From NCBI GenBank assembly GCA_964499705.1, contig CAZCME010000014.1, positions 1 to 64,000 of the forward strand: a stretch of 64,000 bases of DNA, in the 5' to 3' direction. Position 1 is the stretch's first letter. Each line of letters starts with the position of its first letter. Of the stretch, positions 1 to 14,200 are shown in pieces. Both the position numbers and the translations under genes were made by a program. This stretch comes from an uncultured bacterium (GTDB taxonomy: Bacteria > UBA8481). The notes beneath the pieces were generated by a model. The model was not told where the DNA came from. It was given only the letters and a program-made list of their open reading frames with translations, and searched no databases.

Positions 1-2209
1 GCCACTGGCCGTCGGTCTTCCGAAGTTCGATGCGCACCGTCGCGGAATAGTCGCGCGTCTCGTCGAAGCTGCCCGTCGTGGACTTCCTGGCCCACTGGAA
101 CGTGACGATCAGGAACTTGTCCGGCGTCACGATCTCGATCTGCTCGGAACTCCATCGGCAGAACGACGTCGTCGTCTTGTTGAACTGGTCGCGGATCGAG
201 TTCTCGAACTGCTGGTAATCCACGAAGCCCGGCTCCGGTGAGATGAAATCGCGGTCGATGATGGTAAGCAGTTTCGCGCGATCGTTCTGGAGATAGGCGT
301 CGCGGAGGGTATCGAGGAGCAATTTTATGCGCTGTACCTGCGTGAGATTGATGTAGCGGAGAATTTCCAGATCGCCGTCCATCTTGCGGATCACTCCCTC
401 CGCCGGGCCGGCGGCCGTGTTGAACTTGAAGAGGAATCGGTAGTCCGTGTTCTCCGCGAGCTTGAGGGTAAACGTGAAATCGCCCGTCGAGGCGTCGTAT
501 GTGAGAGGCAAGTAGGTGGCGCCGTTGTCGACCGAGATCGACGCGGCGGTGACGGCTTTTCCGTTCGAGACGCGGCCGGAGATCGTGAGCGTTCCGTCCG
601 GCGCTTTTTCACGATCGATCAACGTCATCCTCTCAAAGCTTGTCGAAGAGTACCCGTTGAGATTCGCGGAGACGATCTCGATCGCTCCGTCGGCCACCAC
701 GCGAGGCGGCGGCGCGAGCTGGACGGTGAAGGACGAGAGGAATCCGGCCGGCGGCGTCATCATGAAGTTCCCGGCTGCGTTCTTCGGAATGACGAGGAAG
801 CTATAGGATCTGGCGTCGCGAAGAAGCTCCGATCCATCCTGCGCGGTCATTTGGAAACGTGTCATCGGGAGATCCCGAGCGAGAATCGTGTTGTCCACGG
901 AAAACGGACTGCGGGAGAGATAGAGCGTGTAGGTCGCGGCGCCCGGATACTGCGGCCAGGTGAACGCCGGAGTCGCGGTGTTCGCGGTCATCGAAGCCGC
1001 AACGACGAAGGGCAGAGACGCAACGGGCGTCGTCGGAGCCGTGCCGCCCGGCCAATCGACGGCTGCGATGGCGGTCACGAAGACTCCCGCGGATACCGTC
1101 GATGTCGCGTCGGTCAACTGGATCTTGTCGGCGACGCCGCCGGTCATGCCCGCGGTGTAGAGCCCGCTGACGGGTTCGATCGAGCCGCCGGAGTTGTTCT
1201 CGGCGATCGAGAATCTGTGGCTTCCCGCTCTCGGCGTTCCGTTCTCACTGTGATAGACATTCCCGGCGCGACCGCCGCTCGCGCCGAACCGGATCGTTCC
1301 GCCGGTCGCGACGCGCACGAGCCCGTCCGCTCCGATCTCCGCGTCCGCGGGATTCTCGATCGTCAGGGCGCGCTTCTTCCTTATAAACATCCGCGAGAAC
1401 TTCAGGTTCGCGACGTCGGTGTAGTTTCCGGCGTCGAGCGTCATCATATTCGCGCCCGACGCGCTCACTTCCAATGCCGCCGCGGTCGCTTCCGCCTCGA
1501 ACGCGCTCTTCAACTGATCGAGAACTTCCTTCACCGCGGGCTGGGGTTCGCCCGGAGTCGCGCCCTGCAGAACGTTCAGATATTCGCCAGCCGTGACGTT
1601 CCTCTTCCATCCGCCGGGCCCGGACATTTCCACCTTGCCGTCGACGACGGTGATGACCAGCTTGCCGGATTTCCCTGCGGCCCGCGCGACGGAATCCACG
1701 ACGTCCTGATAGGACAGTTCAAACAGCGTGCCGCGAACTCCCGCGACGGCGACTGGCGTGCTGATCGAATAGTTTCCCGTGCGACCCGCAGGGCGATTGA
1801 ACGAGTTTTTCAGCGTGCCCGATGTGAGCGAAAGAGAAATATCGTCGCGAACGGTCTTGGTGGTGCGGAGGAACGAGCGCGCTTCGCTCTCGACCTGCCG
1901 GAGATCCTCCACCGTGACCGTGGTCTGCGCACCAAGCGAGGTCATGCCGACGTCACTGATCACGATGCGGCACGAGCTGTTCGCTCCGGTCCTGATCATG
2001 TCGCCCTTCTTCACCGACATCTTCGCAACGGCCGGAACCCAATCCTTCCCCGCGTTGACGCTCACCTTCACGTCACCGTTCAGCCCATCGAGATGCGCCT
2101 TGTGGACGAGAAGCTCGCGTTCCGCGTTAGGCGCCGCGCCCGCGGGCACCACGACCGTCATGCAGAGAGCGAGCAGGAGAATCCAGGATGTGAATCGCGC
2201 GACCGTCAT
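1..2209 (-). CDS. Secreted FecR-domain protein with Ig/FN3-like middle and NTF2-like distal domain (3' end off window)
   Basis: Not in ORF track because there is no stop in the window. Hand translation from ATG 2209 (ATGA overlap with the giant gene stop) is open to the edge: signal peptide [25 protein letters not shown], FecR-type motifs [12 protein letters not shown] and [15 protein letters not shown], distal [13 protein letters not shown]...[10 protein letters not shown]. Confidence 0.8.
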   Translation of the reverse strand, partial: MTVARFTSWILLLALCMTVVVPAGAAPNAERELLVHKAHLDGLNGDVKVSVNAGKDWVPAVAKMSVKKGDMIRTGANSSCRIVISDVGMTSLGAQTTVTVEDLRQVESEARSFLRTTKTVRDDISLSLTSGTLKNSFNRPAGRTGNYSISTPVAVAGVRGTLFELSYQDVVDSVARAAGKSGKLVITVVDGKVEMSGPGGWKRNVTAGEYLNVLQGATPGEPQPAVKEVLDQLKSAFEAEATAAALEVSASGANMMTLDAGNYTDVANLKFSRMFIRKKRALTIENPADAEIGADGLVRVATGGTIRFGASGGRAGNVYHSENGTPRAGSHRFSIAENNSGGSIEPVSGLYTAGMTGGVADKIQLTDATSTVSAGVFVTAIAAVDWPGGTAPTTPVASLPFVVAASMTANTATPAFTWPQYPGAATYTLYLSRSPFSVDNTILARDLPMTRFQMTAQDGSELLRDARSYSFLVIPKNAAGNFMMTPPAGFLSSFTVQLAPPPRVVADGAIEIVSANLNGYSSTSFERMTLIDREKAPDGTLTISGRVSNGKAVTAASISVDNGATYLPLTYDASTGDFTFTLKLAENTDYRFLFKFNTAAGPAEGVIRKMDGDLEILRYINLTQVQRIKLLLDTLRDAYLQNDRAKLLTIIDRDFISPEPGFVDYQQFENSIRDQFNKTTTSFCRWSSEQIEIVTPDKFLIVTFQWARKSTTGSFDETRDYSATVRIELRKTDGQW

Positions 2210-5200
2210 TGCTTCAGCTCCAGAACGGCTTCGTATCCCTCGGGCACGACGATCGAATTGAGCGCGCCGTCGGCAAGACCGGGGAAGCTCGCCGCGGGAT
2301 AGACTCCGATCCCGTAGTTCGCCGACTTCGCGGCGGCGGCGGCATCGGTCCACTGGATCGTGCCCGCGCCCGCCGTTGGAACGCTCAACGACGTAGCCGG
2401 CGGCGCGGGAACATAAGTGAAGGCTTCCCTCCGGAGTATCCGCCTGTAGCCGTGGCCCGGGACGAGCACGATATTCTTGAGTCCGAGCGTGCCCGCGGGC
2501 GTTGTCGCCGTGAGTTCCGTCCCGGCGGCGTTCGCTGTCACCGATGTCATGGGCGTGCCGTCGATCGAGAGCGATCCCGGATCCTGGAGGTTCGTGCCTG
2601 AGATGACGATCCTCGTTCCGCCGGAGATCGGTCCCATAGTCGGGCTGATGGCCGTGATCGTGGGGCTTCCCACGTAGGTGAAAGCATTAGCTGACGTGAC
2701 CGGACCGCCAGCGATCGTTACCACGACGTCCTTCGCGCCCTCTGTTCCAGGCGGCGTCGTCACAGTGATCGAGGCCGGCAGGGACGCCGTGATTCTCGCG
2801 GCCACGCCGCCGATCGAGACGGATGTCGCTCCGGCAAGGTTCGTCCCCGCGATCGTGATTCTGTCGCCGCCTGCCGTCGATCCCCGGTTCGGCGTCACGG
2901 TCGTCACGGTCGGCGATGTCGTGGTCGCGCCCGACGTTGACGCGCTCGTACCGGCACCGGTCACCGTGAACGATCCCTCGAATGTTCGTGCCGGCATGGT
3001 CACCGACGTCACCGCCGGCACCACCGGTAATTGGGTACGTGCTTCGGGAGCGAATGCGGCGACGGCGATGTAATCGAGTTTGTTCGAGACTGCCTCCGGC
3101 AGCGCAAGCGACGCCGCATAATTCCCGGCGGGAAGGTCGCTGGGGATAGCAAAGGTGACGGATGCCAGCGTGCTGACTTGACCTCGCACTCTCGCCGCGA
3201 CGCTTCCATTCGTGCCGCCGCTGATGACGATCTCAGCGCTCCCGGCGATATCCTTGTTTCTTATACGAAGCGCTACGGTGTTCCATGAGGTTTTGAGAAG
3301 ATCGAGCGCCTTCTCGAAATCATATCCCACGCCTTGAAGAGCTTCTCTGGCCAGCGCCCTATCCTGGTTTTGAATCGCAATAAGCATTTTTGCTTCGTTC
3401 TTGCCCCTTAGCCACGAGAACGGCAGGTCGAACGTGGCCTGGATCGCTCCGCCTTGCGCGACAGACACGGGGGCGATCGTCAGCTGATTGGAGCCCGTCG
3501 TGATGTTGCCTGTTCCGCCGGTCGACGTTGTCGCAGTCGGCGCCGCCGCCGCGACCGTGATCGTCGCCTCGGCCGGCTTGATTGTGATCGTGCCGGGCGG
3601 ATCGATAGGAGCGGCATCCATGGTCGTGGTCGCGGAGGTGATTCCGATTGAAGAGGAAGCGGCCGTGAAGATTTGATTGGAACCGGCTTGATCGATAGAG
3701 AGACCGAAGAAGGTCGCACGTCCGGCGACGGCCGCCATCGTCGCCGTGCCGCTGAGAGTTGCGCCCGACACGGTAAGGGAGATTGAAGAGGTGGACGCAG
3801 CGACCACAGTCCCATTCGCGTCGACCACAGCCACCACCGGCTGTCGCGTGAAGGGCTTACCGGGCTGGGCGCCTCCGGGCGGGGTCAGAAATACCAGTTT
3901 CGTGGCGGTCGTGGCGGCCGGGACGGATCCGGTAATCGGTGCGGCGGTCGCCGTTATGGAATGCGATCCTTCGCTGCTGATCGTGAGGCCTCCGAAGGTC
4001 GCCACTCCGGCGACCGCGCTCATCGACAGAATGCCGCGCAACTGCGGACTCGCGAGCGTAACCATACCGGTGTAGTCGCTCATCTTTGTGCCGCCCGCGT
4101 TCATAACCGTGGCGGTAATGGAGAACTCCGCGCCCGGCGCGACGTTACCGGTCGGTAGCGTGAGCGAGATGCTATTCTGGGCGCTCGCTGAGGTGGTGCC
4201 CGTCGCCGTGCTCGCTCTGCCCGTGACGGTGACCGATCCATCGGCGCCGATCGGGGACTCGCCGAAGAGAACTCGAGCCTTGTGGGCTCCGTTGATCGCG
4301 CCGGCGGGAACCGTCCACTCGAAGGTGACCCCGCCGATCATATTGGCGATCCCGAGACGCGGAGTGAGCGCCTTCTCATCCGGTCCGAGAATCTCGACCA
4401 TGAACTTCGTTTGGGCATCCGGGAGTTGCAAAATCTCGCCGAGATACGTGGCGAGATCGGCTGTCGAGGTGCTCGAGAGAGCGAACGTCACCTTTTCGCC
4501 CGGCTTCGCGCTCTCCTTGTCCGGCGTGAGCTTCGTGCCCGCGGGAGTGGCGGGGAGCTTCGTCGCGGCCGAAGCTCCGGATGCAATCAGAAACGCGTCG
4601 AGAGCGGCGAGGAAGTTGGAGCGACGCGTTCCGGTCTTGAGCCAGTTGCGGGGAGCCCCGATCATGGTCTTGAGGCTGCCGACTGATACCTTTGTCTTCG
4701 CGGCGTTGCCATCCCTCATTTGATCGCGAGCTTCGGCGAGCCGTAAGAGGATGGCCGAGAGGCGCTGATCATTCTCCCGCGCCGTGTTCGCGCTCATGTC
4801 GGAAGTCGGAATGGTTGTCTTGATTCCCTCGAGCGTCCTGAGAGCGCCGTTGTACGCGCGCGCCGCGGCGTCGTCGAGCGGATCGTACGTGAATCTCGGG
4901 TCGACTGTTGAAGTGGCGGCGGGAGTCGTGGCATCGTCATCCGTCACACTTGCCGTCAACGACGCATTCCTGATGTTCGGGGTCGAGAGCGTGATCGTGA
5001 CCGCTTCGTTCGCGGCATCGGCGTCCTGCACGCCCGTCACGGTCACGGTCTGCGGCATGGCGTAGTTGACAGGAGTGAATGTGAGCGTCGTGGGTGCGCT
5101 CGTGGCCGCCTCCGCGTCGGATGAGGAGATGGTCACGACCGCATTGGACAATGGATCGAAGGCAAGCTGGGCCGTAAAGGTCGCGGTAGCGCCCTCGGTG

Positions 5201-8200
5201 ATCGAGCGCGAGGCCGCATTCAAGATGATCGCCTGGACGTCGTCATCCGTCACGTTCGCCGTAACGGTCACGTTCGGCTCATTCGGGGACGAGAGCGTGA
5301 TCGTGACCGCCTCGTTGGAGGCGTCCGCGTCCTGCACGCCCGTCACGGTCACGGTCTGCGGGATATTCCAGCTCGTCGGGGTGAATGTGAGAGTCGTCGG
5401 AGAACCGGTCGCGGCGCCGGCGTCCGCGGTTATGATGGAAACTAATACGTTGGCGGTCGGTTGCACCTTGAAGTTGACGGTGAATGAACCTGTGCCGCCC
5501 TCAGCGACATTCACAGAGTTGGGGCTGACCACAATATTCGACGGCGCGCTTGTCGTGACCATCGCCTCCGCGGTCGTGAGCGTACCGGATTTCGCTAATA
5601 GCTTCATGCCGGAGTTCATCTCGTCGGTCTTCAGGTCGGTGAAGGTCGCTACGCCCTTCACGGCATTGACCGTAAGCGCTGTCGCAGGACCGAGATCCGC
5701 GGGCGAGTTTCTGTCGAACGGCTTGATCAGCGAGACTGTGATCGCGATATCGGATTCGACGACCTTGTTGTTCGCGTCCTGAACTTCCACGACCGGCGTG
5801 ACGGTGAAAGGCGAGCCCGCCGGCCCGGTATAACCTTGAGCCGTGAAGACGAGCTTCGTCGCGGGCCCGACCGCGGCCCCGGCCGTTGTCGGGTACGTCA
5901 TGGTCGCCAACTGATCCGTGCCCCAATACGCGGTGGCTGTGTAGGTCGCGGGGAGCGCGACACCGGAGGCCGCCTTGAAGGTGACTTTGCCACCATTAAC
6001 CCACGCTTCCAAATCGGCGGCTTTGTCATCAGGGGCTACGACGTGGACCGTGATGGATTGATCTCCGACAGCCGTGCCTACGATGCGCACTTTGAGGTTG
6101 GATCGAATAGCATTGGCAATGGCGGTTACGCCATCTGACCCACCAAGATGCGCAAAGTTTTGGGTCGCCAAAGCCTGGGCAAGCAATTCGGGGGGTGTCA
6201 CAGCGATGGCCTTTGCCATCCTCGCGAGCATCTCCGCCCCAACGCCGGCTCCTTCGAGAACGAACGTCGCCGCTTCACCATCGTCCGGCCCGCGGGTAAG
6301 CGTCATTACACTAGCGGAAGAGCCGCCGGTGGATGTTCCGCTCGCCGTCCCGGCCGTGCCATACGCGAATCCACGAGTGAGCGTGACGGTCTGCGCCGGG
6401 GAGGGGGAACCGGCGCTCACGCCGGACTGCGACTGCCGCGTCATTCTCGCCGTCGCTGCCGTCGCCGCATCTGCCACAATGGTTACGTTGGCCTCTGCCG
6501 ATGCATATCCAGGGAACGATGCGACCAGGGTATATTCGCCCGATTGGGTGATCTTGAGTTCGGTAAAAGCCGCGATGCCCGCAACAGCCGTAGCTGTTAA
6601 TAGGCCGCTCAGTCCAGTGCCCGACTTGAGCGACATCGTCACTACGCCGGTCGCAGTCGCATCTGTGTTTCCATCTGATTTCTGGAAGGTCACCTGCGGC
6701 TGAGTCGTAAATTCCACATTCGCCACTTCCACGATCGGCGACTGCGTGAATACCATTCGCCTACCGCCCGTCGTCACGACGAGATCCTTCGCGCCCGTCG
6801 TGCCCGCGGGCGTGGTCGCCGTGATCACGGTGCCAGCCGCGTTCACGCTGACCGAGGTCGCGGCCACGCCGTCGATCATCACCGAGGATGTCTGGCCGAG
6901 GTTCGTTCCGGTGATTGCGATGACCGTTCCGCCCGCCAGAGGTCCGGACGATGGAACCACGGATGTCACCGTCGGCGCCGGCGTCGAAGCGCCTGAAGTC
7001 GTAGACGCGCTCGACGTGGAGGTGCTCGCCGCCGCGACCGGCACCCCGCTCGCAGTTGCGGTCGGCTTTTCCCACCATAATTGGTAGCCCGGCCCCAACT
7101 CTTCAGGCGTGACGACGCATGAAATGCTTTTGCCCTCGTCCTCAGTCGTGGTCGTATACCTGTTTTCTTTGGCGGTTCCAATGGCAACTCCGTTCCGTGT
7201 CCACTGGTATACGAATTTCGTTACCGACGGATTCCAATCACCCGGAGCCACGCTCAGTTCATCTCCGACTTTCGGTGTGAGCGGATTGACCGAGGGGATC
7301 TTCGTGTTCACCGGAAGTGCAGCGTCGAGGATAGCGATGCTCACGCCTTCCGCCATTTCGCCATTCTCATTCGCGGAGAAAGCGAGCAGATGAGTGACGC
7401 CGGATGGGATGGCCGTGTTCTCTTCCACGCTCTTACCCGGATCCCATCCTCCCTCGATTCTCATGAGCGCTTCTCTTCCAGGCAACTTCGTCGAAGAACC
7501 GCTACCCCAATACACGAAGTAGTGAGTGATATCCGAGGATACGTTGGGGGTGCGCACCTTGACGTAACCTTTCAGTTCTCCTGCGTCCTTGTCGGAATCC
7601 TCGAACTCCACGGCCAACGGTTTATTGGCGGGCACTGCAGCCGCCTCCGCCGCCGCGACGACGATGTCCTGCTCGGCCACGGTGAGCGGACCGGAAGCAA
7701 ACCTCAGCTTATACGTGCCGGCCGTCCCGAGCGCGAGGTTGGTGAATTCCGCTTCTCCACTCGTGAGTGCCTGCGCGAGCACGCTTCGCGACGTGAAGAC
7801 TCCGCCGGTCGGGCCGGTTGCGATCGAGACCGTGACATCACCGGTCGGCGTGGTGACGGAGTTCCCGTACGCATCCTGAGCCGCTATCCGAACCGCGCTG
7901 GCAGAAGTGGCAAACGCCTCGCCCGCGTTCGCGGTTGACGGCATCTTTCTGACGACCAATTTCACCGCCGGGCCCGGCGTGACCGTAAATTTCGCCGTGG
8001 GTAGAGTAACGGCGCCGCCGTCGGCACCCTGAAACACGTTGCCATCGCGATCATTGATCCCGCAGTCTATCGACCACTCCCCAGCCGCCGTGACTTTCAC
8101 CCCGGAGAACACGGCAAGGCCGTTTGAGATACTCGCACGCACCGTCTGCGACAGGTCTCCCTTGGTTAACGTCGCAACCACGGTTCCGCCGTCAGCGCCG

Positions 8201-11200
8201 GTCACGCGTTGCCCCGCCGCATTCAAAGCTTCAGCCTCGAGCGCGAACACATCTCCGGCTGCGACACTCTTCGGAACCTTCACAAAAGCGAGTGTCGACG
8301 GCAGACCTGCAACGGCCGCCGCGACCGCGCGCGCCGCCACCGTGAAGTTCCCCAAGCCCATGTCGCCGAGGGAGTAGGAGTATTCGCCGGGGACAGCGTC
8401 GACCGGGACATTCCATGTCGTCGGGAGGATGATCCATACTCCGTCGCGGAGGATCTCCTCGGGGTTGAGCGTCGCGACCGTGACCTGCGCATTCGTCGCC
8501 TCGTTGTACCTTGTCACCTTGAATGTCCGGCCGGTCCGCTTGAAACCGGCCACCTGATACAGATTCTTAAACTGACTGCTCGATGAAGCGCCAAATCGTT
8601 TCTGCCCGCCCTGTTGGACGGGAGGCTGCCTCACGGGTTGCCAGTCGCCGTCCGGATTGAGGTCGGCGGCGATCTCCGGTTCGGTATGCGTCGCCGACCT
8701 GAACACGAGGTCGTCGTTGCCCTCGATTCGGAACTCGATCACGTACGCGCCCGGGAGATCGACCGTGAGATCGCCGAATGAACCGTCGGTTCCCGCCGGC
8801 ATGGTCACGGTCTTACTACCGGAAAGAACGGCGCCCGCCGGGCCTGTCGCGATCGAGGCCGTCAACGTGTTCGCCCCGGATCCCGCAGCATTCGCCTCGA
8901 TCACGTACACGGGCAGCTTGCCGTCCGCCTCGCCGCCGCCGGTCATGGTAATGCCATTGGAGCTCGCAGCGGCAGGCGCCGCCGCGACGGTGACCTGATT
9001 CGAGGTCGCGGGCGAGGGCGCTGCGAAGCCCGTATTCGGCTCCGCCCTCACGACGCAGGTGAGTGTCTGCCCAGCGTCCGCTATTACGGTCGTGTACGTT
9101 GAACGCGTCGCACCCGAGATCTCCGTGTTGCTGCGCTTCCACTGGTAACCTGCGACGTTTCCGTGCTCGACGTTAACCGCGCACGTGAGCATGTCGCCGA
9201 CCGTGACCGCCTTGGGCGTAACCGCTGGCGTGCTTATCGCCGCTAGCGGCATCGCCGTGAGCGTGATGGGGATTTCGAGGGAGGTGAGCCCATCGGAACT
9301 AAAAGTGAGCGTACCCGATCCGGTTCCGAGCAAGCTTGTGCTCGCATCAACGAGAAGCGTCGCCTGCCCGGCCCTCCAAGCAAGGACTGGAGGTGCAATC
9401 ACACTTAGAGAACCTGAAGTCGTCAAGCTCAAAGCCAACGTTCCCGCATTGGTGATCCCAGGTTCACCTGTGGCGGCCAGGGCCTTCACGGTGATGGAGG
9501 CTCTATAATTTCCAGGTCCGAAGTTCAGACTGGTCACCTCGCTGCCGATCTTCGTCGCGGTCGCCGCCGCAATAACCCTCGCCGTCGCCTGCGCCCTCAG
9601 GCGTACGCCCTCGGAAGTCGGCGCCGAGAGGAAGTTGAGTTGGACGTCTCCGGCCCGATCCAGGATCAGGTTTTTGAAGGTCGCGACGCCGTCCACGACA
9701 TCGGCCTCGAGCGTGCCCGTGAGAGTACCCTCACCGGTGCCCTTGCTGACGGTGATCTTGCCCGTGTAACCCTTATAAAGCCGGCTCGCTGCGTCCTGAA
9801 CCTGAACCCGGACCAGGAAGGGGCTCCCGGTGGTCGCGTTCGTAACCGCGATTTCTCCGAGCTTCGTGGCCTCCGGCCGCTCGGTGAGCGTGAGGGTAAT
9901 GGGAACTGCCGGATCGGACGTGCGCGTGATCGCGACGGGTTCGGAACGCAGAACCATCATATTCTCATTGAAGCCCTTGGCGAAGACGTTGTAGGAGGAC
10001 TGCGCGACGGTGGGAGCGGTGAGCGTTGCGGTGCGCGTAGTCAGGGTGGATGCTTGGTCGAGAGTTATCGTCTGTCCATTCGCATCCGTGTAAGCGACCG
10101 ACGCCGTGGCGTTCCGCGAGCCGCTCGGGAAGACGATGTTGAAAGTGAACGGATTGGCGAGGAACCGAGCAGCCACCGCGTCGGCGTCCGCGGTCGGACC
10201 GCCGCTGACCGTGAATATCGTCGTCGCTTTCGTGGTCGAACCCTGGAGAACCTTCACGGTATACGTGCCATCCGAGAGAGAGGTCGGGACGGTCCAGGTG
10301 TACGAACCTCCTGTCGCGGAGGCCGTGACGCGCCCGACTTCGGCGTCGTTTGCGTCGAGAAAGACGATCACAACGGCGTTCGCATCATCCGCCGCGCCGA
10401 TGAGCGCGTGCACAAGGAGCGAGTAGATATTGGGCGGGGCGCGGAGGAGCGGGACGCGAACAAGCCCCTGATCGGTCCGGACGCCACCATCCGTGCCGGC
10501 GGGCGGAATCAGCCAAGAGGTCGATGGCGAAGAGGAGGCCGAACTCTCCATGAGTTGCTGAAACAATGCCAAGAGAGCCTCGACCCTCCCGGCTTCGGTC
10601 TTTCCGAGGAACTCCGCCGAGGTCATGTAGCTTGTGACCTGCATTTTCTGAGCGTCGGACAAGCCAAGATACGCCGTCGAGTTGAGGACATCGCTCACGG
10701 TGGACGCCGCAGCGGTCGGAACCGCGATCGTGAAGGTCACCTGGCCGCCGCGCGCCTGCGAAGTGGGATTCACCGTGACCGTCCACGCCGCCGCGGCCGG
10801 AGTGGCGGAGCTTCCGGAGGTCGACGAGGCCGCCGCGGCCGTCGTCAGCGAGACGAGTCTGGAGATCATGTTGCTCTGCTGAAGCGCCGCGTAGAAGTCG
10901 TAGGTCGTTGCGGGGCTCAGGCCGGTGATCGTCACTGACTGGCTCTGGCCTGTCGTCGCTACCTTCTCGGGCGAGACACCCTGAGCTCCGGTGGCCGCGA
11001 TCACCGCCGCCGCCGTGGGCGCCGCGGATCCGCTCGCCACCGCAATAACGCGTACCTTGTCGGTGGTGCCGCTCGTCGTGAAGGAGACCGAAGCGCTCGT
11101 GGAGGTCGGCGTGCCCGAACCGACCGGCTGAGTCGTGAAGGTGAGCCGTGTAAAGGCCGGCGCGGTGCCCCTCATTGTGGATAGCGAATATTTGCCGGAG

Positions 11201-14200
11201 ACCACGTTGCTACGCTCCAGCGCCGCGTAGAAATCGTACTGGGTTGAGGGCGAAAGTCCGGTAACAACAAATGTCTGAACCTCGCCGGTTGTAGCCTCCT
11301 TGGCCGGCGCCGTTCCCTCCATGCTTGGGTGATTTCCTGCGATCACTTCCGCCGCCGTCGGCGCCGCGGATCCGCTCGTCATCGCGATGACGCGAGCGTT
11401 GTCGCCGGTACCGCTCGCCGTGAGGATGATAGCGATCTGGACGCGCGATCTCGAAACGTAAGACAGATCTCCCGAGAAGGTAAGATCTGGCGAGGTGGCG
11501 GAAGCCCCCGTCGTGGCCGCCGCGACCGCGACCGCGTTCGAGGACATGGAAAGAGCGGCGCCAGTCGGCCGAGCGTAACCATCGTTCGCCGTCTGAATCG
11601 TCGCCACGCAGGTGAGCGACTGACCCGCGTCGGCGCTGATCGGCGTGTAGGTGTGCGAGGTCGCGTCGGCAATGATCTCGTTTCCGCGTTTCCACTGATA
11701 GCCGAAAGTCGAAACTCCGACGCCCTCGGCGGCGCAGTTAAGCATCTCATTCACTCTACTCGTCGCTGGTGTGACGGTGACGGAAGTGATCGACGCTTCC
11801 GGCATCGCGGGGATCGCGACCGTCACCGTTCCGAACTTCGTGGGATCGGCCACTGATGTCGCGCGCACGATCGCGGTTGAGGCCGTAAACGATAAGGGTT
11901 CCGTACTGGGCGTATACAATCCCGCCGGAGAGACCGTGCCCCCGCCCTCGACGACGCGCCAGGTCACCGCCGTATTCGTTGTGCCGCTCACCGTGACAAG
12001 AGACGAGAGGTTGATCGGCTGAGGCTGACCCGTCACGTCGCGAATTGGATTAGCCGTGGCGTCGCTAACCGAGACAGTTGAGGGAGCGTTCGCCACGGTA
12101 TTTACGTTAATGCTCAGAGGCGCAGCCGCCGCATTGTTGTCACCGGCGCCGTTGGTGAAACTGCCACCAGCCACAGTGATGGTCGCCGGCGTGGTGCTGT
12201 TGGGTGTCGGCGTGAAGGTGGCCGAATAGACAGTCCTGGAGATGACGGTGAAGCCGCTAATCGTTCCACCGGACACGTTGATGTCACCGAAACCAAAGTT
12301 AGACGAGGCTTCGCTGAGGGTGAATATCAGAGTTGCTGTTTGGCCGGCGTTCAGGATGCTACTGCTTGTGGTGATAACAACCGCGGGCGCCGCCCCCGCG
12401 ACCGTGATCGCGGTCGAGGTCGCGGTCGGAACGGTGGCCGGCATCGCGACGCCGGCCGCCATGGACGTCGGCGTCACCTCGAAGACGAGACTCTTGCCGA
12501 TATCCTCTGCGACGAGCACTCGGGTCCAGGTCTGATCCGAGATCGTGCCGGCAACAATCTCGATGTTCTCTCGAAGGAATCGGTATCGATAGGTCGCCAC
12601 CGATGCGCTCCAGGTTCCAACATTCCACGTCAGCGCGCTTCCGACCTGCGCAGTTCCCCCCGCTACTGCGGTCGCCGACACCGCGTTCAAGCCGGGCTTT
12701 ATCGTGTTCGTTAGCGGGGGGGCCGTCACAGTGATCGCCACCTCGGCCGCGGTGAGCGAGCCCGACGACGCCGTGAGAATGTAGCCTGTTCCCACGAGAT
12801 CGATCGAGAGGCCCGAGAAGGTCACGACGCCCTTTACGGCGGCGAGAGATTTTGTGCCGCCGAGGGAGGCGCCCGTCGCGCCCGTGCTCGCCTTGATCGC
12901 GATCGCAACAGTTGCGGTGTTGTCGGCGACCTTCCTGTTCCGCCCGTCTCTGACCTCGACGACGACGTCGCCGAAGGCCGTGCCTGCGGTCGCCGTGGTG
13001 GGCGAGGACGTGATGATGAGTTTCGCGGGGAGGATCAGCCGCTGGTATTCAGCACCATTCTTGATCGTCGCTTCGACCTGTTCGAGTGTTGCCAAATGCT
13101 GAACGAGCGCGTTCACAAAGCCCGAGGCTTCGTTGGCCAATGGATCACGTGCCAGAAGTTCCTGAAAGAGGTCTTGAACCTGCTTGAGCCTGCTCTCACT
13201 TGAATCCCTGATGGCCTGCTCAACCTGAGCAACCGTCATCCCCCCATTGAGCAAACCGAGAAAGAAGGCCAATCCGCCGGGGTCGGCGTCGCGCCCCAGG
13301 ATCTGCTTGTAGAGCCCTTTGACGATCGTTTCATTCGTCACGTTCGACGAGGAAGTAGTCGATGTCGTCACCTTATGCTCGCCCGCCGTTGCGCTCTCGA
13401 GCGTGATGGGTGTCGAGATACCGGCGGTGACGAGATCCGCCGCCGGAATCGTGACGACGCCGTTCACGATGGTGACATTCACGACCCTGCCGTTGAGCGT
13501 GATGGTTCCGGCGCCTGAGAACGACGAGACGTTGCCGTACTTGTCGCGGTACTCGACCGTGAGCGGCGCGGTCGGCGGCGCGGCGACGAGCGAGTGGAGT
13601 AGAACTTGAGTTGTCGTGTGGAGAGCGAATAGTCCGATCGGCGCGCCGAAGGAACCGGCTTGCCGGGTAGCGATTCGGATCGGCGCCGCGTCGGATGAAA
13701 CGGGGAGAGGCACGTTCGCCTCGCTACCGAGCCAGTCCCCATTTCGCCCGGGTCCGCCGCCGCCGGATGAGGCGAGAGATCCGGTGATGCCTGAGGGCAA
13801 CGCCGAGGTCTGAGCGCCTCCACTGGTAATCACCGCGCTCGCCGGCGCGCCGCCTTTGATCTCGAACTCGGTCGAGGTCGCCGCAGTGAGCGAGCCCGAG
13901 GTGAACTTCAGCGTGTACTTCCCCGCCTTCTCGATCTTCAAGTCCTCGAATGTCGCGACTCCAGCTTTCGCTGAAACCTTAGACGTGCCGAGAAGTGCGC
14001 CCGGACCCGAGGCGACTTCGACCGTGACCTCGTTCGTCGCGGTCGATACGGTCGCGCTGGCTGCCGTCTGGATCGCGACCGTGAACTTCGGCGAGAAGAT
14101 CTCGCCCGCCGTCACCGTCTTCGGCTGCGCGGTGACCGCCAGCTTCGCGGCAGTCGCTCCGCTCACGGTAGGTGTCGCGGCCGCCGCAACGTCGATCGTC

